Origin: Rickettsiales bacterium
Lineage (GTDB): Bacteria > Pseudomonadota > Alphaproteobacteria > G027485855
Direction: 5' to 3'
DNA: 64,000 bases
Assembly: GCA_027485855.1 (NCBI GenBank)
Contig: JAIXQD010000019.1
Coordinates: forward strand, 146,256-210,255
Positions 9,520-19,916 of this stretch are shown piece after piece (the stretch's first letter is position 1; the number at the start of each line of letters is the position of its first letter). The notes under the pieces were generated by a model, which saw nothing but the letters and a program-made list of their open reading frames with translations, ran no database searches and was not told the origin of the DNA. The translations under genes were made by a program, and so were the position numbers.

Positions 9520-10926
9520 TTACTCTCTCCGGTTGGTTTTGTCGCCCATTAGGTTTTTTAGCTGTGCAAGGTTGGCGCCGCCCCCGCCCAGCATGTTCAT
9601 AAGGCCGCCTAAACGGCCTGTTTTGCCCATTTTTTTAACTTGTTTCATCATATCGCGCATTTGCACATATTGTTTGAGCAAGCGATTAATTTCGGCAACA
9701 TCGGTGCCACTACCCAACGCCACGCGCCGTTTGCGCGAGGCATTGAGCAAATCGGGATTACGGCGCTCGGCTTTAGTCATGCTGCTGATAATTGCCTCTT
9801 GCCGCTGGATGATGTTGTTATCAACTTTGGCATCTTGCAGCTTTTGCTTCAGTGCGCCACCACCCGGCATAAAGCCCAGCATGCCCGACAAACCGCCCAT
9901 TTTGCGCATTTGCTTCAGCTGGCTGGCTAAATCATTGAGATCGAACTGGCCAGAAAGGGCTTTTTGCGTCAGCGCCTCGGCCTCGTCCTTGTCAATTTCC
10001 ATTGCGGCTTTCTCAACCAGCGCCACAACATCGCCCATGCCCAAAATACGATTAGCTAAACGCTGCGGATGATAAGCCTCGAGCGCATCCAGTTTTTCGC
10101 CCACACCCAAAAATTTTATTGGCCGCCCCGTGGCTGCGGTTAAGCTGAGTGCCGCGCCTGCCCGTGCATCGCCATCAAGCCTTGTGAGCACCAAGCCCGT
10201 CACGCCAACCGCCTCATGAAAACGCGTGGCCACGCCCAACGCATCTTGTCCGGTCATGGCATCAAGCACCAGTAATTGCTCATGCGGCTTGGCGAGCGCG
10301 CTAATGGCGCTGATTTCGTCCATCAGCTCAGTATCAATCGACAAGCGGCCGGCGCTATCAAGCAGCAGCACATCATAGCCGCCAAGCTGCGCCTCGCTGA
10401 CGGCGCGGGCGGTAATTTGCAATGGCGTTTGGCCAGCAATAATGGGCAGGCTATCAACGCCCACTTGCTGCGCCAATATGGCTAATTGCTCTTGTGCGGC
10501 GGGGCGGCGCGTATCAAGGCTGGCCAGCAAAACCTTTTTGCGCTCCAGCATGCTTAAACGGCGCGCCAACTTGCCGCTGGTGGTAGTTTTACCGCTGCCT
10601 TGCAAGCCCAGCATTAAAATAATCGATGGCGGCGTGGTGTTGAGTGTAAGCGGCACAGCGTCCGTGCCCAGCAGCGCCACCAAATTATCATGCACAATTT
10701 TAATGACTTGCTGCCCCGGCGTAATGCTGCGCAGCACCTCTTGCCCTATGGCGCGCTCTTTAACTTTGTCGATAAAATCTTTAACCACCGGCAAGGCGAC
10801 ATCGGCCTCAAGCAGGGCCACGCGCACCTCGCGCAGCGCATCGACGACATCGGCCTCGCTTAATGCGCCCTTGCGGGACAAACGGCTGAAAACGCCGGTG
10901 AGTTTCTGACTTAAACTTTCAAACAA
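9520..10926 (-). CDS. ffh: Signal recognition particle protein Ffh
   Basis: [11 protein letters not shown]alker A, DTRRPAA, DSAGR, and a Met-rich M domain. The likely start is TTG at 10926, giving (M)FESLSQKL, with GGAG about 10 nt upstream. The ORF track extends to 10950. Confidence 0.95.
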   Translation of the reverse strand: MFESLSQKLTGVFSRLSRKGALSEADVVDALREVRVALLEADVALPVVKDFIDKVKERAIGQEVLRSITPGQQVIKIVHDNLVALLGTDAVPLTLNTTPPSIILMLGLQGSGKTTTSGKLARRLSMLERKKVLLASLDTRRPAAQEQLAILAQQVGVDSLPIIAGQTPLQITARAVSEAQLGGYDVLLLDSAGRLSIDTELMDEISAISALAKPHEQLLVLDAMTGQDALGVATRFHEAVGVTGLVLTRLDGDARAGAALSLTAATGRPIKFLGVGEKLDALEAYHPQRLANRILGMGDVVALVEKAAMEIDKDEAEALTQKALSGQFDLNDLASQLKQMRKMGGLSGMLGFMPGGGALKQKLQDAKVDNNIIQRQEAIISSMTKAERRNPDLLNASRKRRVALGSGTDVAEINRLLKQYVQMRDMMKQVKKMGKTGRLGGLMNMLGGGGANLAQLKNLMGDKTNRRE

Positions 10927-11219
10927 AATAGTAAACTCCAAAAAATACACACTACAGAATACAAAAAAACCACAGCATAACGGGGCCAGTGAGCGCCTTG
11001 CGCCGACTGACCGAGCATCCCGCCATCGAGGTTGGTAAGCTTTACTTTAAGTAAGCCCAACATCTTAAGCGCTGTGATGCCAAAGCCCCAAAAAGGGCTA
11101 TAGCAAACCAAATAGAATGATGCTTTTTAACGCTGACAGAGGCCAAAAAGCAAGTATAATCGAAGAGATTTTCTTACTGGCCGGCTTATCCTGATGATTT
11201 ATTTAAAAATTTGTCACAA

Positions 11220-11954
11220 ATGATCCGTTTTAACTCGGTCTCTTTGCGCTATGGGCGCGGGCAGCCGGTGCTGCGCGATGTGTCGTTTAATCTGCCGCCG
11301 CGCTCTTTCCATTTCTTAACGGGGGCCTCGGGGGCGGGTAAAACCAGCCTGTTGCGCCTGATGTATTTGGGCATCAAGCCCAGCCGCGGCCAGCTTTATG
11401 TATTTGAGCGCGAGGTGAGCAGCATTAAGCGCCACGATTTGCCCGCGCTCAAGCGGCGCATTGGCGTGGTTTTTCAAGATTTTCGGCTGATTGAGCATTT
11501 AACCGCGCTTGAAAATGTGATGCTGCCACTGCGCCTTGGCACACAAAACTTAGCTAATAATCTTGGCAATAATCTTGGCGCCGAAGAGCAAAAAATACGC
11601 GAACATGCCAGCGAGCTGTTGCGCTGGGTAGGTTTGGGCAATGCTCTTGCCGCGCATCCGTCCGAGCTGTCGGGCGGGCAGCAGCAGCGCGTGGCCATTG
11701 CGCGGGCTGTTATTAACCGCCCTGACCTGCTCTTGGCCGATGAGCCCACCGGCAATGTCGATGATGCCATTGGCCTGCGCTTGCTGCATTTATTTATTGA
11801 GCTGAATAAGCTTGGCACCACCGTGGTGGTCGCCACACATAACCAACAGCTGTTAGAGCGTTTTGCCAAACCAAGGCTGATATTAGCCGATGGCCGCCTT
11901 ACCATAGAAAAACCGCCAGAAGAAGTACCAGAGCAAATGGCGGGTGAGGCATGA
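11220..11954 (+). CDS. ftsE: Cell-division ABC ATPase FtsE
   Basis: Begins [12 protein letters not shown]. Has GASGAGKTS Walker A, the [14 protein letters not shown] signature and [12 protein letters not shown]. Confidence 0.92.
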   Translation: MIRFNSVSLRYGRGQPVLRDVSFNLPPRSFHFLTGASGAGKTSLLRLMYLGIKPSRGQLYVFEREVSSIKRHDLPALKRRIGVVFQDFRLIEHLTALENVMLPLRLGTQNLANNLGNNLGAEEQKIREHASELLRWVGLGNALAAHPSELSGGQQQRVAIARAVINRPDLLLADEPTGNVDDAIGLRLLHLFIELNKLGTTVVVATHNQQLLERFAKPRLILADGRLTIEKPPEEVPEQMAGEA

Positions 11955-12847
11955 GGCGCCGCCCGCACAAAGAATGGCAAGATATCCCGCTCGAAGCCGA
12001 CCGCTTTGGCTGGTCGCTCTCCAGCATTATTGGCGTGATGGTGCTGCTGGCAACCTTGGCGCTGGCAGCACAAATGGGGCTGCAGCACATTGCCCATAAA
12101 TGGGAAAATAATCTTTCTGGCCGGTGGACGGTTGAATTACGCCTTTTGCCAGAGTCTTCACCCAGCCTTGAGGCGCGCACCGATGCCGCGCTTAAGCTTT
12201 TGCGCGATAGCGATGTGGTGATTGCCGCAAGCGCACTCAGCCCCACACAAATGCGCAGCCTATTGGGGCCGTGGCTGCAATCGCTGCGCATGCTCGATAC
12301 GCTGCCACTGCCCGTGCTGATTGATGTACAAATCAGAACCGATGCCCAGGCGCTGACCGAGCTTGCCACAAGGCTGCAACAGGCCGTGCCGGGTCTGAGT
12401 ATCGACACCCACAATGCCGCGCTGCATGAGGCACGGCAATTATTGGCGCTGTTGCGGCTTGTGGCTTTTTCTATTCTTATTTTAGTGAGTGCGGCGGCGT
12501 TGCTGGCCGTGGTGCTGGTGGTGCGCGCAGGATTATTGGCACATGCCAATATCATTGCTATTCTTAACATTATGGGCGCGACCGATATTTATATTGCCAA
12601 ACAATTTCAGCTTTATGCTTGGCGCTTGGCACGTCTTGGGGCGGCCATGGGCTTTACCTTGGCCCTGTTGGTGCTGTTGGCCCTATGGGCGCTGCTGCCG
12701 CCTTTAGCCATAACGCAATCGGGCATTGATTGGTTGCAAAGCGCCTTATGGCTGCTGCTGCTTTTGGCTGTGCCGCTGCTGGTGGCAGGTGGCGCGGCGC
12801 TGGTTGGCCGCTTTGCCTGCTTACATCTTTTGGAGCGCAGCGCATGA
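11951..12847 (+). CDS. ftsX: Cell-division permease-like protein FtsX
   Basis: 298 aa with an ATGA overlap onto the ftsE stop. Has an N-terminal TM helix, a periplasmic domain, and three C-terminal TM helices. Confidence 0.85.
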   Translation: MRRRPHKEWQDIPLEADRFGWSLSSIIGVMVLLATLALAAQMGLQHIAHKWENNLSGRWTVELRLLPESSPSLEARTDAALKLLRDSDVVIAASALSPTQMRSLLGPWLQSLRMLDTLPLPVLIDVQIRTDAQALTELATRLQQAVPGLSIDTHNAALHEARQLLALLRLVAFSILILVSAAALLAVVLVVRAGLLAHANIIAILNIMGATDIYIAKQFQLYAWRLARLGAAMGFTLALLVLLALWALLPPLAITQSGIDWLQSALWLLLLLAVPLLVAGGAALVGRFACLHLLERSA

Positions 12848-13416
12848 GAGGGCGTAAGCGGCGTTTTATTGGCTGGCTGAGCTTAGCGGCACTGCTCTGG
12901 CTCTTGGGGCTGATTGCTTTTGCCACCGATGCCGCCTTGCTTGATGATGTGCCCACCGCCCCGGCCGAGGCCATTATTGTGGTAACGGGTGGCAGTGACC
13001 GCATTGAGCAGGGCTTACAGCTTTTGCAAAGTGGCTATGCGTCGCAATTACTCATATCGGGCGTTGGCGCCACGCCCGAGGATTTAGCCAAGCGCTACGG
13101 CATTGCCCAGCGTTGGCTTGATTGCTGTATCACGCTGGGCACTACCGCCACCGACACGCTCAGCAACGCCACGGAAGCGGCCGATTATGTGCAGCAGCGC
13201 CAATATAAAAGCGTGGCCGTCGTGACCGCGCATTATCATTTGCGCCGCACATTGTGGGAGTTCCGCACGCAAATGCCGCAGATTAAGCTTATAGGCGTTG
13301 CCGTGGCCCCCAAACATGTGCGCATAACCGATTGGTGGCAACAACCCGGAACTGCGCGCCTGCTGGTAGGCGAATATAATAAATTAATTGCCGCTTTTGT
13401 GCGCGGCCTGCTCTGA
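12844..13416 (+). CDS. DUF218/YdcF-family protein
   Basis: ATG overlaps the ftsX stop (ATGA). Has a TM anchor followed by IIVVTGGSDRIEQGL and LLISGV, which are DUF218 signatures. Confidence 0.7.
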   Translation: MRGRKRRFIGWLSLAALLWLLGLIAFATDAALLDDVPTAPAEAIIVVTGGSDRIEQGLQLLQSGYASQLLISGVGATPEDLAKRYGIAQRWLDCCITLGTTATDTLSNATEAADYVQQRQYKSVAVVTAHYHLRRTLWEFRTQMPQIKLIGVAVAPKHVRITDWWQQPGTARLLVGEYNKLIAAFVRGLL

Positions 13417-13429
13417 TAGGAATATATAC

Positions 13430-14206
13430 ATGCAACAAACTCGCCCGCAACTGACGCCCACGGTTATTATCCGCTCGCTGCTGTTTAATACGGCATTTTT
13501 TAGCTTTAATGCGCTTTACTGCTTTGCCATTTTGCCGCTTATTTTAGTGCCACGGCGGCAAATGATGTATGGCGTGTATTTTTACATGCATGCCGTGGCC
13601 TTTTTAGAAAAATATTTGGCTGGCATTACCTATAGCGTTGAAGGGCGCGAGCATTTGCCGACCGACCATAAATTTATTGTGGCGGCTAAACATCAATCAA
13701 CTTGGGAAACGCTTAAGCTGCATATTTTATGGGGCGACATTGCCGTGGTGCTTAAGCGTGAGCTATACGCCATTCCGCTGTGGGGCTGGCTGTGCCGTAA
13801 ATCGCGGCAAATCCCGATTGATCGCGGTGGCAGGGCCGCCGCCATGCGCAGCATGATTGAGGGCGCTAAAAGCTGCATTGCCGAAAACCGCACGATTGTG
13901 ATTTTTCCGCAAGGCACGCGTTTGGGTATTGGCAAATGGCGGCCTTATCGCTCGGGTGTGGCGGTGCTCTATGAGCAATTGCAAGTGCCGATGCTGCCTG
14001 TGGCGCATAATGCCGGCCTCTTTTGGCCGCGCCATAGTTTTTGGAAATATCCAGGCCACATCACCGTGCGCATTTTGCCAGCCATTGCCCCAGGCCTTAA
14101 TGCTGATGCGGCGCTCGCGAAGCTGCAAGCCGTGCTTGAGCCCGTGGCCGAAGAGCTGTCGCTGGCAGCGGGCGGCCCCGCGACTGATTATACCAAAACC
14201 GCCTAA
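13430..14206 (+). CDS. plsC: 1-acyl-sn-glycerol-3-phosphate acyltransferase-like protein
   Basis: Has the AAKHQSTWE (HX4-acidic block) and FPQGTR acyltransferase motifs. The start was chosen at MQQTRPQL. Confidence 0.78.
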   Translation: MQQTRPQLTPTVIIRSLLFNTAFFSFNALYCFAILPLILVPRRQMMYGVYFYMHAVAFLEKYLAGITYSVEGREHLPTDHKFIVAAKHQSTWETLKLHILWGDIAVVLKRELYAIPLWGWLCRKSRQIPIDRGGRAAAMRSMIEGAKSCIAENRTIVIFPQGTRLGIGKWRPYRSGVAVLYEQLQVPMLPVAHNAGLFWPRHSFWKYPGHITVRILPAIAPGLNADAALAKLQAVLEPVAEELSLAAGGPATDYTKTA

Positions 14207-14228
14207 GGGCAGTTTAAACGGCAACGCC

Positions 14229-15011
14229 TTATGGTAATGCGCCAATAAGAGCACTGGCTGCGGGCGAGCTATAGCTGCGGTCAACCAAAATTGCTCTGGG
14301 GCTGGCACCCGCACCATAAAGCTTTTCATTAAGGTCGTTATCAGGCGCTAAGACCGAACCATCGATACTGATGCCGGCAAACAGCCCTTCTGAACGGGCG
14401 AAAGCATACATATCGGCGCTGGCCCCAAGACCTGTTGCCGCTTGTGCACCCGTGCCCAACTGCCCCAGCGCCACATTGCCATCGGCGCCCAAAGTCACCG
14501 AGCGCTCTAAAATGGCATTAAGGCCCTTATCGGTCATGATGGCGATAATAATTTCTGATTGTGAGGCACCCAGCTGCAAGCCATAGGATAATCCACCTAA
14601 GCTATAAAAAGCCGGCGCGCTCCAATTGCCTTGTGCATCACGCGCTAACAGCACACCGCGCCCAAAACGGCCGCCAATGAAAATGCCGGCCTTGACCATA
14701 TCAGGAAAAATTAAAATGGCCTTCGCCCGGCTGGCAAGGTTGAGCAAAGTTGCATAATCCTTGTTGCTGAACATGCTTTCGGCCGTGAGGCGCGATTTCT
14801 CGATGATGTTCTCGGGCTTGCTTGTGGCTGTAATCAGCGTATTGCCCGATGCTGTGCCGCCTGGGGCTGAACTGCCTGAGGCTGAACTGCTGCTGCTGGG
14901 CGCGGTCTCGGTTGCGGGTGGGGTATCATTGCCAAGGCAGCCCGCCAGTAAAAAAACTGCCGCAGCCACGGTCAGTGCATTGAACGAAAAACCTGTCGTC
15001 AGAAAGCGCAT
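14229..15011 (-). CDS. SYLF/Ysc84-domain lipoprotein
   Basis: Has an LLAGC lipobox and the SYLF-type segment GGLSYGLQLGASQSEIIIAIM. An internal Met start avoids overlap with cobS. Confidence 0.65.
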   Translation of the reverse strand: MRFLTTGFSFNALTVAAAVFLLAGCLGNDTPPATETAPSSSSSASGSSAPGGTASGNTLITATSKPENIIEKSRLTAESMFSNKDYATLLNLASRAKAILIFPDMVKAGIFIGGRFGRGVLLARDAQGNWSAPAFYSLGGLSYGLQLGASQSEIIIAIMTDKGLNAILERSVTLGADGNVALGQLGTGAQAATGLGASADMYAFARSEGLFAGISIDGSVLAPDNDLNEKLYGAGASPRAILVDRSYSSPAASALIGALP

Positions 15012-15021
15012 AATATGACTC

Positions 15022-15828
15022 CTATTCAAATTGAACTTGCGCTGCCACAAGCAAAGTTAAAATTGTCGCCTCGCTGATTTGTTGCAAGGCGCCTAATACA
15101 TCGGCATTACCGCCGCCAATTTTTTTCTGCGCATAAAGGGCCACACAAAGAGCCGAGCCAAAAGCCGCACCCAAAGCTAAGGCGGCCTCGGTTGGCTCAA
15201 GCAATAACAAGGTGGCCACAATACCCAGCGCTAGGCTTATCAGCACCACCGCGCCCGATGGGTCACCAATGGGTTGGCTGGTCGGCTCGGCATCCGCTGG
15301 CGGCAGCCAAGCGGCTACGGCGGGCATCATGGCACGCGATAAACAGGCCGCTACCATCCAGCTGGCGAAGACCATTTCAGTGGTGGTGAGATTTGCCACA
15401 GCGTTTATTTTAACCAGCAGCACAGTAAGCAATGCCATCATGCCGGTTGTGCCAAGCGAGTGGTCGCGCATAATGGCCAAGCGCGCTTGCGGATTATTGC
15501 CACCCGCCACGCCATCGACAAAGTCAGCCAGCGCATCTTCGGCGCGGCAGCGGGTGAGCCACGCCAAAGCCACCACGGCTAAAGTTGCAGTCAAAATAGG
15601 CGGCAGCACCATTTCTGCCGCAAGCCAATTTACAAGGGCAGCAAAGGCACCCAAAAACAAACCCACCAACGGAAACCACACCAAAGCCGCGCCATGCTCG
15701 GCCATGGGCACGGCATCTTTGCGGGCAAAGCGCGTTAAAAAGGCCAGCGCCAGCACAAAATCATGGGCGTGGCGGGCAAAAAAGCCGCGCTCAATTTGTG
15801 GAAGGGGCAAAAGTGGCTCGTGCTGCAT
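15022..15828 (-). CDS. cobS: Adenosylcobinamide-GDP ribazoletransferase
   Basis: 268-aa polytopic membrane protein with the N-terminal ALAFLTRF motif typical of CobS. Confidence 0.78.
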   Translation of the reverse strand: MQHEPLLPLPQIERGFFARHAHDFVLALAFLTRFARKDAVPMAEHGAALVWFPLVGLFLGAFAALVNWLAAEMVLPPILTATLAVVALAWLTRCRAEDALADFVDGVAGGNNPQARLAIMRDHSLGTTGMMALLTVLLVKINAVANLTTTEMVFASWMVAACLSRAMMPAVAAWLPPADAEPTSQPIGDPSGAVVLISLALGIVATLLLLEPTEAALALGAAFGSALCVALYAQKKIGGGNADVLGALQQISEATILTLLVAAQVQFE

Positions 15829-15916
15829 ATGTTAGCTATAAGCCAGCTTCGCCCGACAATAAAGCCCCCCATCATCATTACTGGCATTTTTTATTGAGCT
15901 GCGTTACATCATAGCC

Positions 15917-16717
15917 ATGACTGAAGCCAGCCCCGCCCCCAAATTAGCCCCCGCATCTGAACCCAGCGCCGAAATTAGCCGCAAAGAGATTTTTGCGCTG
16001 CTCGCCGAGCTGCCACAAAACGGCACGGCGCCAATAAACGGCGAACTGCCCGAGCTGCAACGTTGGCTGTTTGAACATAGCCTGCGCCCCAACGATATCG
16101 ATTGGCCAAGGCTGGCGCTTTATTTTGGTGCACATGGCACCGATGAAGCCAGTAAAAACAGCCAAGCCTTATTGCAAAATGCCGCCGCCGAAAATGGCGC
16201 CATTTATGCCGTGGCCAGCCAGCTTGAGGCCGATCTACGCCTTTACGAGCTTGATTTAGCCAAGCCCCATGCGGCTAACCCACCCGCTATGACTGAAGAT
16301 GCTGGCCTGCGCGCCATTAGCTACGGCATGCTTGCGGTTGAAAGCGGCCTACATATTATTGCGCTGGCCGCTGATGGCGACGGCACCGCCAAAGCCGCCC
16401 GCCGGCTTGAAGTGGCGCTGGCCACCAGCGATGATGGGCTAAGCACACTTTTTAGCCATGGCGGCACTGAAATTGCCGCGCTGTTTGGCGCCATGCTGGC
16501 CGCACGCTTGGCCAAAATACCCGTTGTGGCCGATGGCGATTCGGCCAGAGCCGCTTTGGCACTGCTGCAAAAAATGGCGCCACAAGCCAGTAGCCATGTG
16601 TGGCTGGTTGATGGCGGGCTTGGCCAACCCGGCTTATGGCATAATCACTACACGCCTTTATTGGCCAGTGCGGCGGCCATCAATATGCTACGCATTGCGG
16701 CCAGAATGCGTAGTTAA
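15917..16717 (+). CDS. Short CobT-like (nicotinate-nucleotide-DMB phosphoribosyltransferase-like) protein
   Basis: 266 aa, divergent from cobS. Has CobT-like blocks (ALYFGAHG, AALFGAMLAARLAKIPVVADG) but is shorter than canonical CobT. Confidence 0.5.
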   Translation: MTEASPAPKLAPASEPSAEISRKEIFALLAELPQNGTAPINGELPELQRWLFEHSLRPNDIDWPRLALYFGAHGTDEASKNSQALLQNAAAENGAIYAVASQLEADLRLYELDLAKPHAANPPAMTEDAGLRAISYGMLAVESGLHIIALAADGDGTAKAARRLEVALATSDDGLSTLFSHGGTEIAALFGAMLAARLAKIPVVADGDSARAALALLQKMAPQASSHVWLVDGGLGQPGLWHNHYTPLLASAAAINMLRIAARMRS

Positions 16718-17161
16718 ATGCGCGGTTAAATGCGCCTGCAAAGCGGCTTGTTGCTTATCGGGCGCATAACGCCATAGCTCGAATGCGGGCGGGCGGGTGC
16801 GCCACAACATCGCTCCTTGCTCGGTCAGTTTTTGCGCCACAACGTCATTGCCGGTAAAAACAAAATGCCGCAAGCCATGGTGCAAACAAGCCATAACCGC
16901 ACCGGCAAAATCAGCACAATCAATTATCAGCGGCACTCTGTGCAAGCGCGGCTGCAAAGCGGCAAACCACAAAGCACCAAGGCTTTGTCCAGCACCAATA
17001 TCGCTGAGCAAAGCTAAGGGCGGCGCTGTCTCATGCGTGACAGCAGCCACCACACACTCGGCCTCGGCCAAAGTGCGAAAAGCGATAAAGCGCGCTGCGT
17101 TATTTGGCAGCGGCCATGGCGGCTGCGGTGTCGAGCATGCGGTTGGAGAAGCCCCATTCAT
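16688..17161 (-). CDS. Hypothetical protein (start uncertain; the annotated 5' end overlaps the gap stop)
   Basis: 157-aa ORF with no motif I recognise. Confidence 0.3.
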   Translation of the reverse strand: MNGASPTACSTPQPPWPLPNNAARFIAFRTLAEAECVVAAVTHETAPPLALLSDIGAGQSLGALWFAALQPRLHRVPLIIDCADFAGAVMACLHHGLRHFVFTGNDVVAQKLTEQGAMLWRTRPPAFELWRYAPDKQQAALQAHLTAHLTTHSGRNA

Positions 17162-18107
17162 TATCGTACCAGCTCAGCACGCGCACTAAACGCCCGTCAA
17201 CCACTTTAGTTTCATTAAGCGCAAAAATGCTTGAATGCGCATCATGGTTGAAATCGGTGCTGACCAGCTCTTCGCGGTAGCAAGCTAAAATGCCGCGCAA
17301 ACTGCCCTTGGCTGCGGCCTCGATAGCATTGTTAATGGCCTCAATGCTGGTATCTTTGGCGGCGACAAACTTAAAATCAACCACCGACACATTAGGCGTT
17401 GGCACCCTGATAGCCGTGCCATCGAGCTTGCCTTGCAGAGCCGGCAAAACCTTGCCAACGGCCTTGGCCGCACCAGTTGAGGTTGGAATCATGTTTAATG
17501 CTGCCGCGCGCGCCCGATGCAAATCGCTATGCATGGTATCAACAATGCGCTGATCGCCTGTGTAACTATGAATAGTAGTCATAAAGCCGCGCTCGATGCC
17601 AACCGCCGCATGCAACACGCTGGCGACAGGGGCCAAGCAATTTGTGGTGCAAGACGCATTAGACACCACCAAATGCTGCGCCGTAAGCGCCGTATGGTTG
17701 ACACCATAAACCACAGTAAGATCTTCCTCGGTGGCGGGGGCCGAAATCAGCACTTTTTTGGCGCCAGCGGTTATATGCTTGCCTGCATCGGCTTTTTTGG
17801 TGAAGCGGCCAGAACACTCAAAGGCAATATCAATTTTATGCTGGCCCCATGGCAATTTTTCGGGATCGTTTATCTGATAGGCTTTAATGCTGCGACCATT
17901 GAGCAGCAGCGCATCGGCCGTGGCGCTCACCTCACCCGCAAAGCGACCATGCACAGAATCATATTTCAGCAAATGGGCGTTGGTGTGGGTGTCGGCCAAA
18001 TCATTGATGGCCACAACTTCTATATCGGTGCGGCCGCTTTCAGCTAAAGCCCGCAACACCAAACGACCAATGCGACCAAACCCATTTATTGCGACACGTA
18101 GACTCAT
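17100..18107 (-). CDS. gap: Glyceraldehyde-3-phosphate dehydrogenase, type I
   Basis: Has NGFGRIGR (NAD binding), the SNASCTTNCLAP active site, and WYDNEWGFSNR. Confidence 0.97.
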   Translation of the reverse strand: MSLRVAINGFGRIGRLVLRALAESGRTDIEVVAINDLADTHTNAHLLKYDSVHGRFAGEVSATADALLLNGRSIKAYQINDPEKLPWGQHKIDIAFECSGRFTKKADAGKHITAGAKKVLISAPATEEDLTVVYGVNHTALTAQHLVVSNASCTTNCLAPVASVLHAAVGIERGFMTTIHSYTGDQRIVDTMHSDLHRARAAALNMIPTSTGAAKAVGKVLPALQGKLDGTAIRVPTPNVSVVDFKFVAAKDTSIEAINNAIEAAAKGSLRGILACYREELVSTDFNHDAHSSIFALNETKVVDGRLVRVLSWYDNEWGFSNRMLDTAAAMAAAK

Positions 18108-18116
18108 CGTAAACCC

Positions 18117-18533
18117 CTAGTTAGTGAAGTAATAATAACAACGAAAGCCGCACACCTCTTCGCTGCGCTGTTCGGCGCAACAAATCGGCCAATTGGCGGT
18201 GCCGGCCATGCCCTTTTTCTTAGGCTCGTAGGAACCTGGTAAAGCGCAGGCTTGATAGGCGCCCTCATATTGGAAATCGACAAAAATATCGGGCTTAAAG
18301 CCATAAATGATTTTTGCGCATTTGCCGGCCTCTTGCACCATAGCCTCGGGGTTTTCATAATCGGTGCAGTTAAAACTAAAGGGGCACGTAGCATCGCCCA
18401 AATTACTGGCGCGGTCACTAAAGGGTGAGATGCTGGTAAAATTAGCCGGCGGCGCTGGCCGCTGCTCGGTCTGCGCCATAGCTTGAGTAAAACCGCTGCA
18501 CAAAAAAACTAAAACAAAAAGAATAAAACGCAT
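18117..18533 (-). CDS. Small secreted Cys-rich protein (last gene of the pil/dot block)
   Basis: Has the signal peptide MRFILFVLVFLCSGFTQAMA and about 10 Cys in the mature part of about 118 aa. No recognisable family. Confidence 0.55.
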   Translation of the reverse strand: MRFILFVLVFLCSGFTQAMAQTEQRPAPPANFTSISPFSDRASNLGDATCPFSFNCTDYENPEAMVQEAGKCAKIIYGFKPDIFVDFQYEGAYQACALPGSYEPKKKGMAGTANWPICCAEQRSEEVCGFRCYYYFTN

Positions 18534-18545
18534 GGGTACATCCTG

Positions 18546-19916
18546 TTAGTTGGCGCGCTCATCACGCAAGGTCGCAATATCGGCCGCTTGTTGCTGCACC
18601 ATATGCCGCAGCTCGGCATTTTGTTGCGATAATTCGCGGATCGCTTCAATGACAGGCGCAATCAGATTGCCAATTTCAACGCCCAGCGTGCCGTTGGTAT
18701 CTATGGCGCGCACCAGCTCGGGGAAGGCTTTGGCCACATCTTGCGCAATCACGCCCATATCTGGCCTTTGCCCGTCTTTCCAAATATAGCTGACGCCCTT
18801 GATGGTCAGTAAGCGTGCTAAGGGCGAATTTATGTCTTCGATATTTTCTTTTAATCGGCCATCTGAGGTATAAACAAATGACGTCGCCTGCAAGGTGCCG
18901 GTAAAGGTGCCATCACCACCAGTAATTGTGCCAGCGGCCATGTTTATATTGCCGCCATTCGTGGCAATGTCGCCAGTATTAACAATGCCGCCATTGGCCA
19001 TGGTGAGCGCACCATTTATAATGGCATTACCACTGACATCGAGTGCGCGTGAGGCCACAGTGCCAGCATTAATAATGCGGCCATCTGCCGCGCTGTTCGA
19101 TTGCATATCGATATTGCCCGCTAAAGTAGAAATTGTGCCGCCATTGGTCAGAATGGGGCCGCCCGCCATGGTGATGCCATTGACGCCAGTAAAGAGTAAG
19201 GTTGTTTCCATAGTGTTGAGCGTTTGGGCTGGGTTATCGCTCACCTCATCGAGGCGGTGCAAATAACGCTGCGAGCTAAAGCCCAAATCAGGCGAGTAAA
19301 AACCCACACTCACCAACCGGCCGCTGATTGTGGCGGCCGCCACACCAAATTGTAAAGAGGCTACACAATAGCCGCTAAATGCACCGCTAATACTATCGGC
19401 CGCACAGCGCAGCGCGGGGTTGGCAAACATAGCGCCGCCCGCGGCACCCATTTGCGTTATCATGCTGCCGAGGCGCTGATCTTCGGGGATACCAAAGCCG
19501 GTGCCATTAACCGTGTAAACTAAAACATCAATACGCGTATCGGTGGTGTTATCCTGACGCCGAATAGCAATACGATAATCTTGCCCCTGCACATTGGTAT
19601 AGGTAAAACCAGGCGGCAAATAATTTTGCAAGGCCGCTGTTGTTTGTGCAGCATCTAAAACTATGGGTGCGGCCGTTGTGAAGCCAGCTGTCGCCACCAG
19701 CACGGTGTATTGCGCTTGAATATATGCCTCGGCCGCTCTGTGCACCATCATGTGCTGAGCGGCCATGGCGCTATCTTGCGCTTGGCGGCCCGCATTGGTG
19801 GTGAGCTGCAAAATAGAGGTAATCACCACGCCCGCCACCGCCAGCACAATGGCCATCTCGACCAACGAAAAACCCGCTTTGCTGAGCGCTAATTTGCTAT
19901 GCCAAAAAGCGCGCAT
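18546..19916 (-). CDS. pilV: PilV-position minor type IV pilin with beta-helical repeats and a tail-fibre intramolecular-chaperone (peptidase S74-like) C-terminus
   Basis: Prepilin N-terminus: SKAG|FSLVEMAIVLAVAGVV. Has a G/N/T/I-rich repeat core. The C-terminus is FVYTSDGRLKENIEDI...GVSYIWKD...GVIAQDV...LIAPVIEAIRELSQQN plus a coiled coil (about 18549-18885). Confidence 0.8.
   Translation of the reverse strand: MRAFWHSKLALSKAGFSLVEMAIVLAVAGVVITSILQLTTNAGRQAQDSAMAAQHMMVHRAAEAYIQAQYTVLVATAGFTTAAPIVLDAAQTTAALQNYLPPGFTYTNVQGQDYRIAIRRQDNTTDTRIDVLVYTVNGTGFGIPEDQRLGSMITQMGAAGGAMFANPALRCAADSISGAFSGYCVASLQFGVAAATISGRLVSVGFYSPDLGFSSQRYLHRLDEVSDNPAQTLNTMETTLLFTGVNGITMAGGPILTNGGTISTLAGNIDMQSNSAADGRIINAGTVASRALDVSGNAIINGALTMANGGIVNTGDIATNGGNINMAAGTITGGDGTFTGTLQATSFVYTSDGRLKENIEDINSPLARLLTIKGVSYIWKDGQRPDMGVIAQDVAKAFPELVRAIDTNGTLGVEIGNLIAPVIEAIRELSQQNAELRHMVQQQAADIATLRDERAN

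Noticed and set aside
11474-12570. Two minus-strand ORFs (207 aa and 223 aa)
   Set aside because: They are antisense to ftsE and ftsX. Their Ser/Arg/Cys-rich composition is typical of shadow frames.
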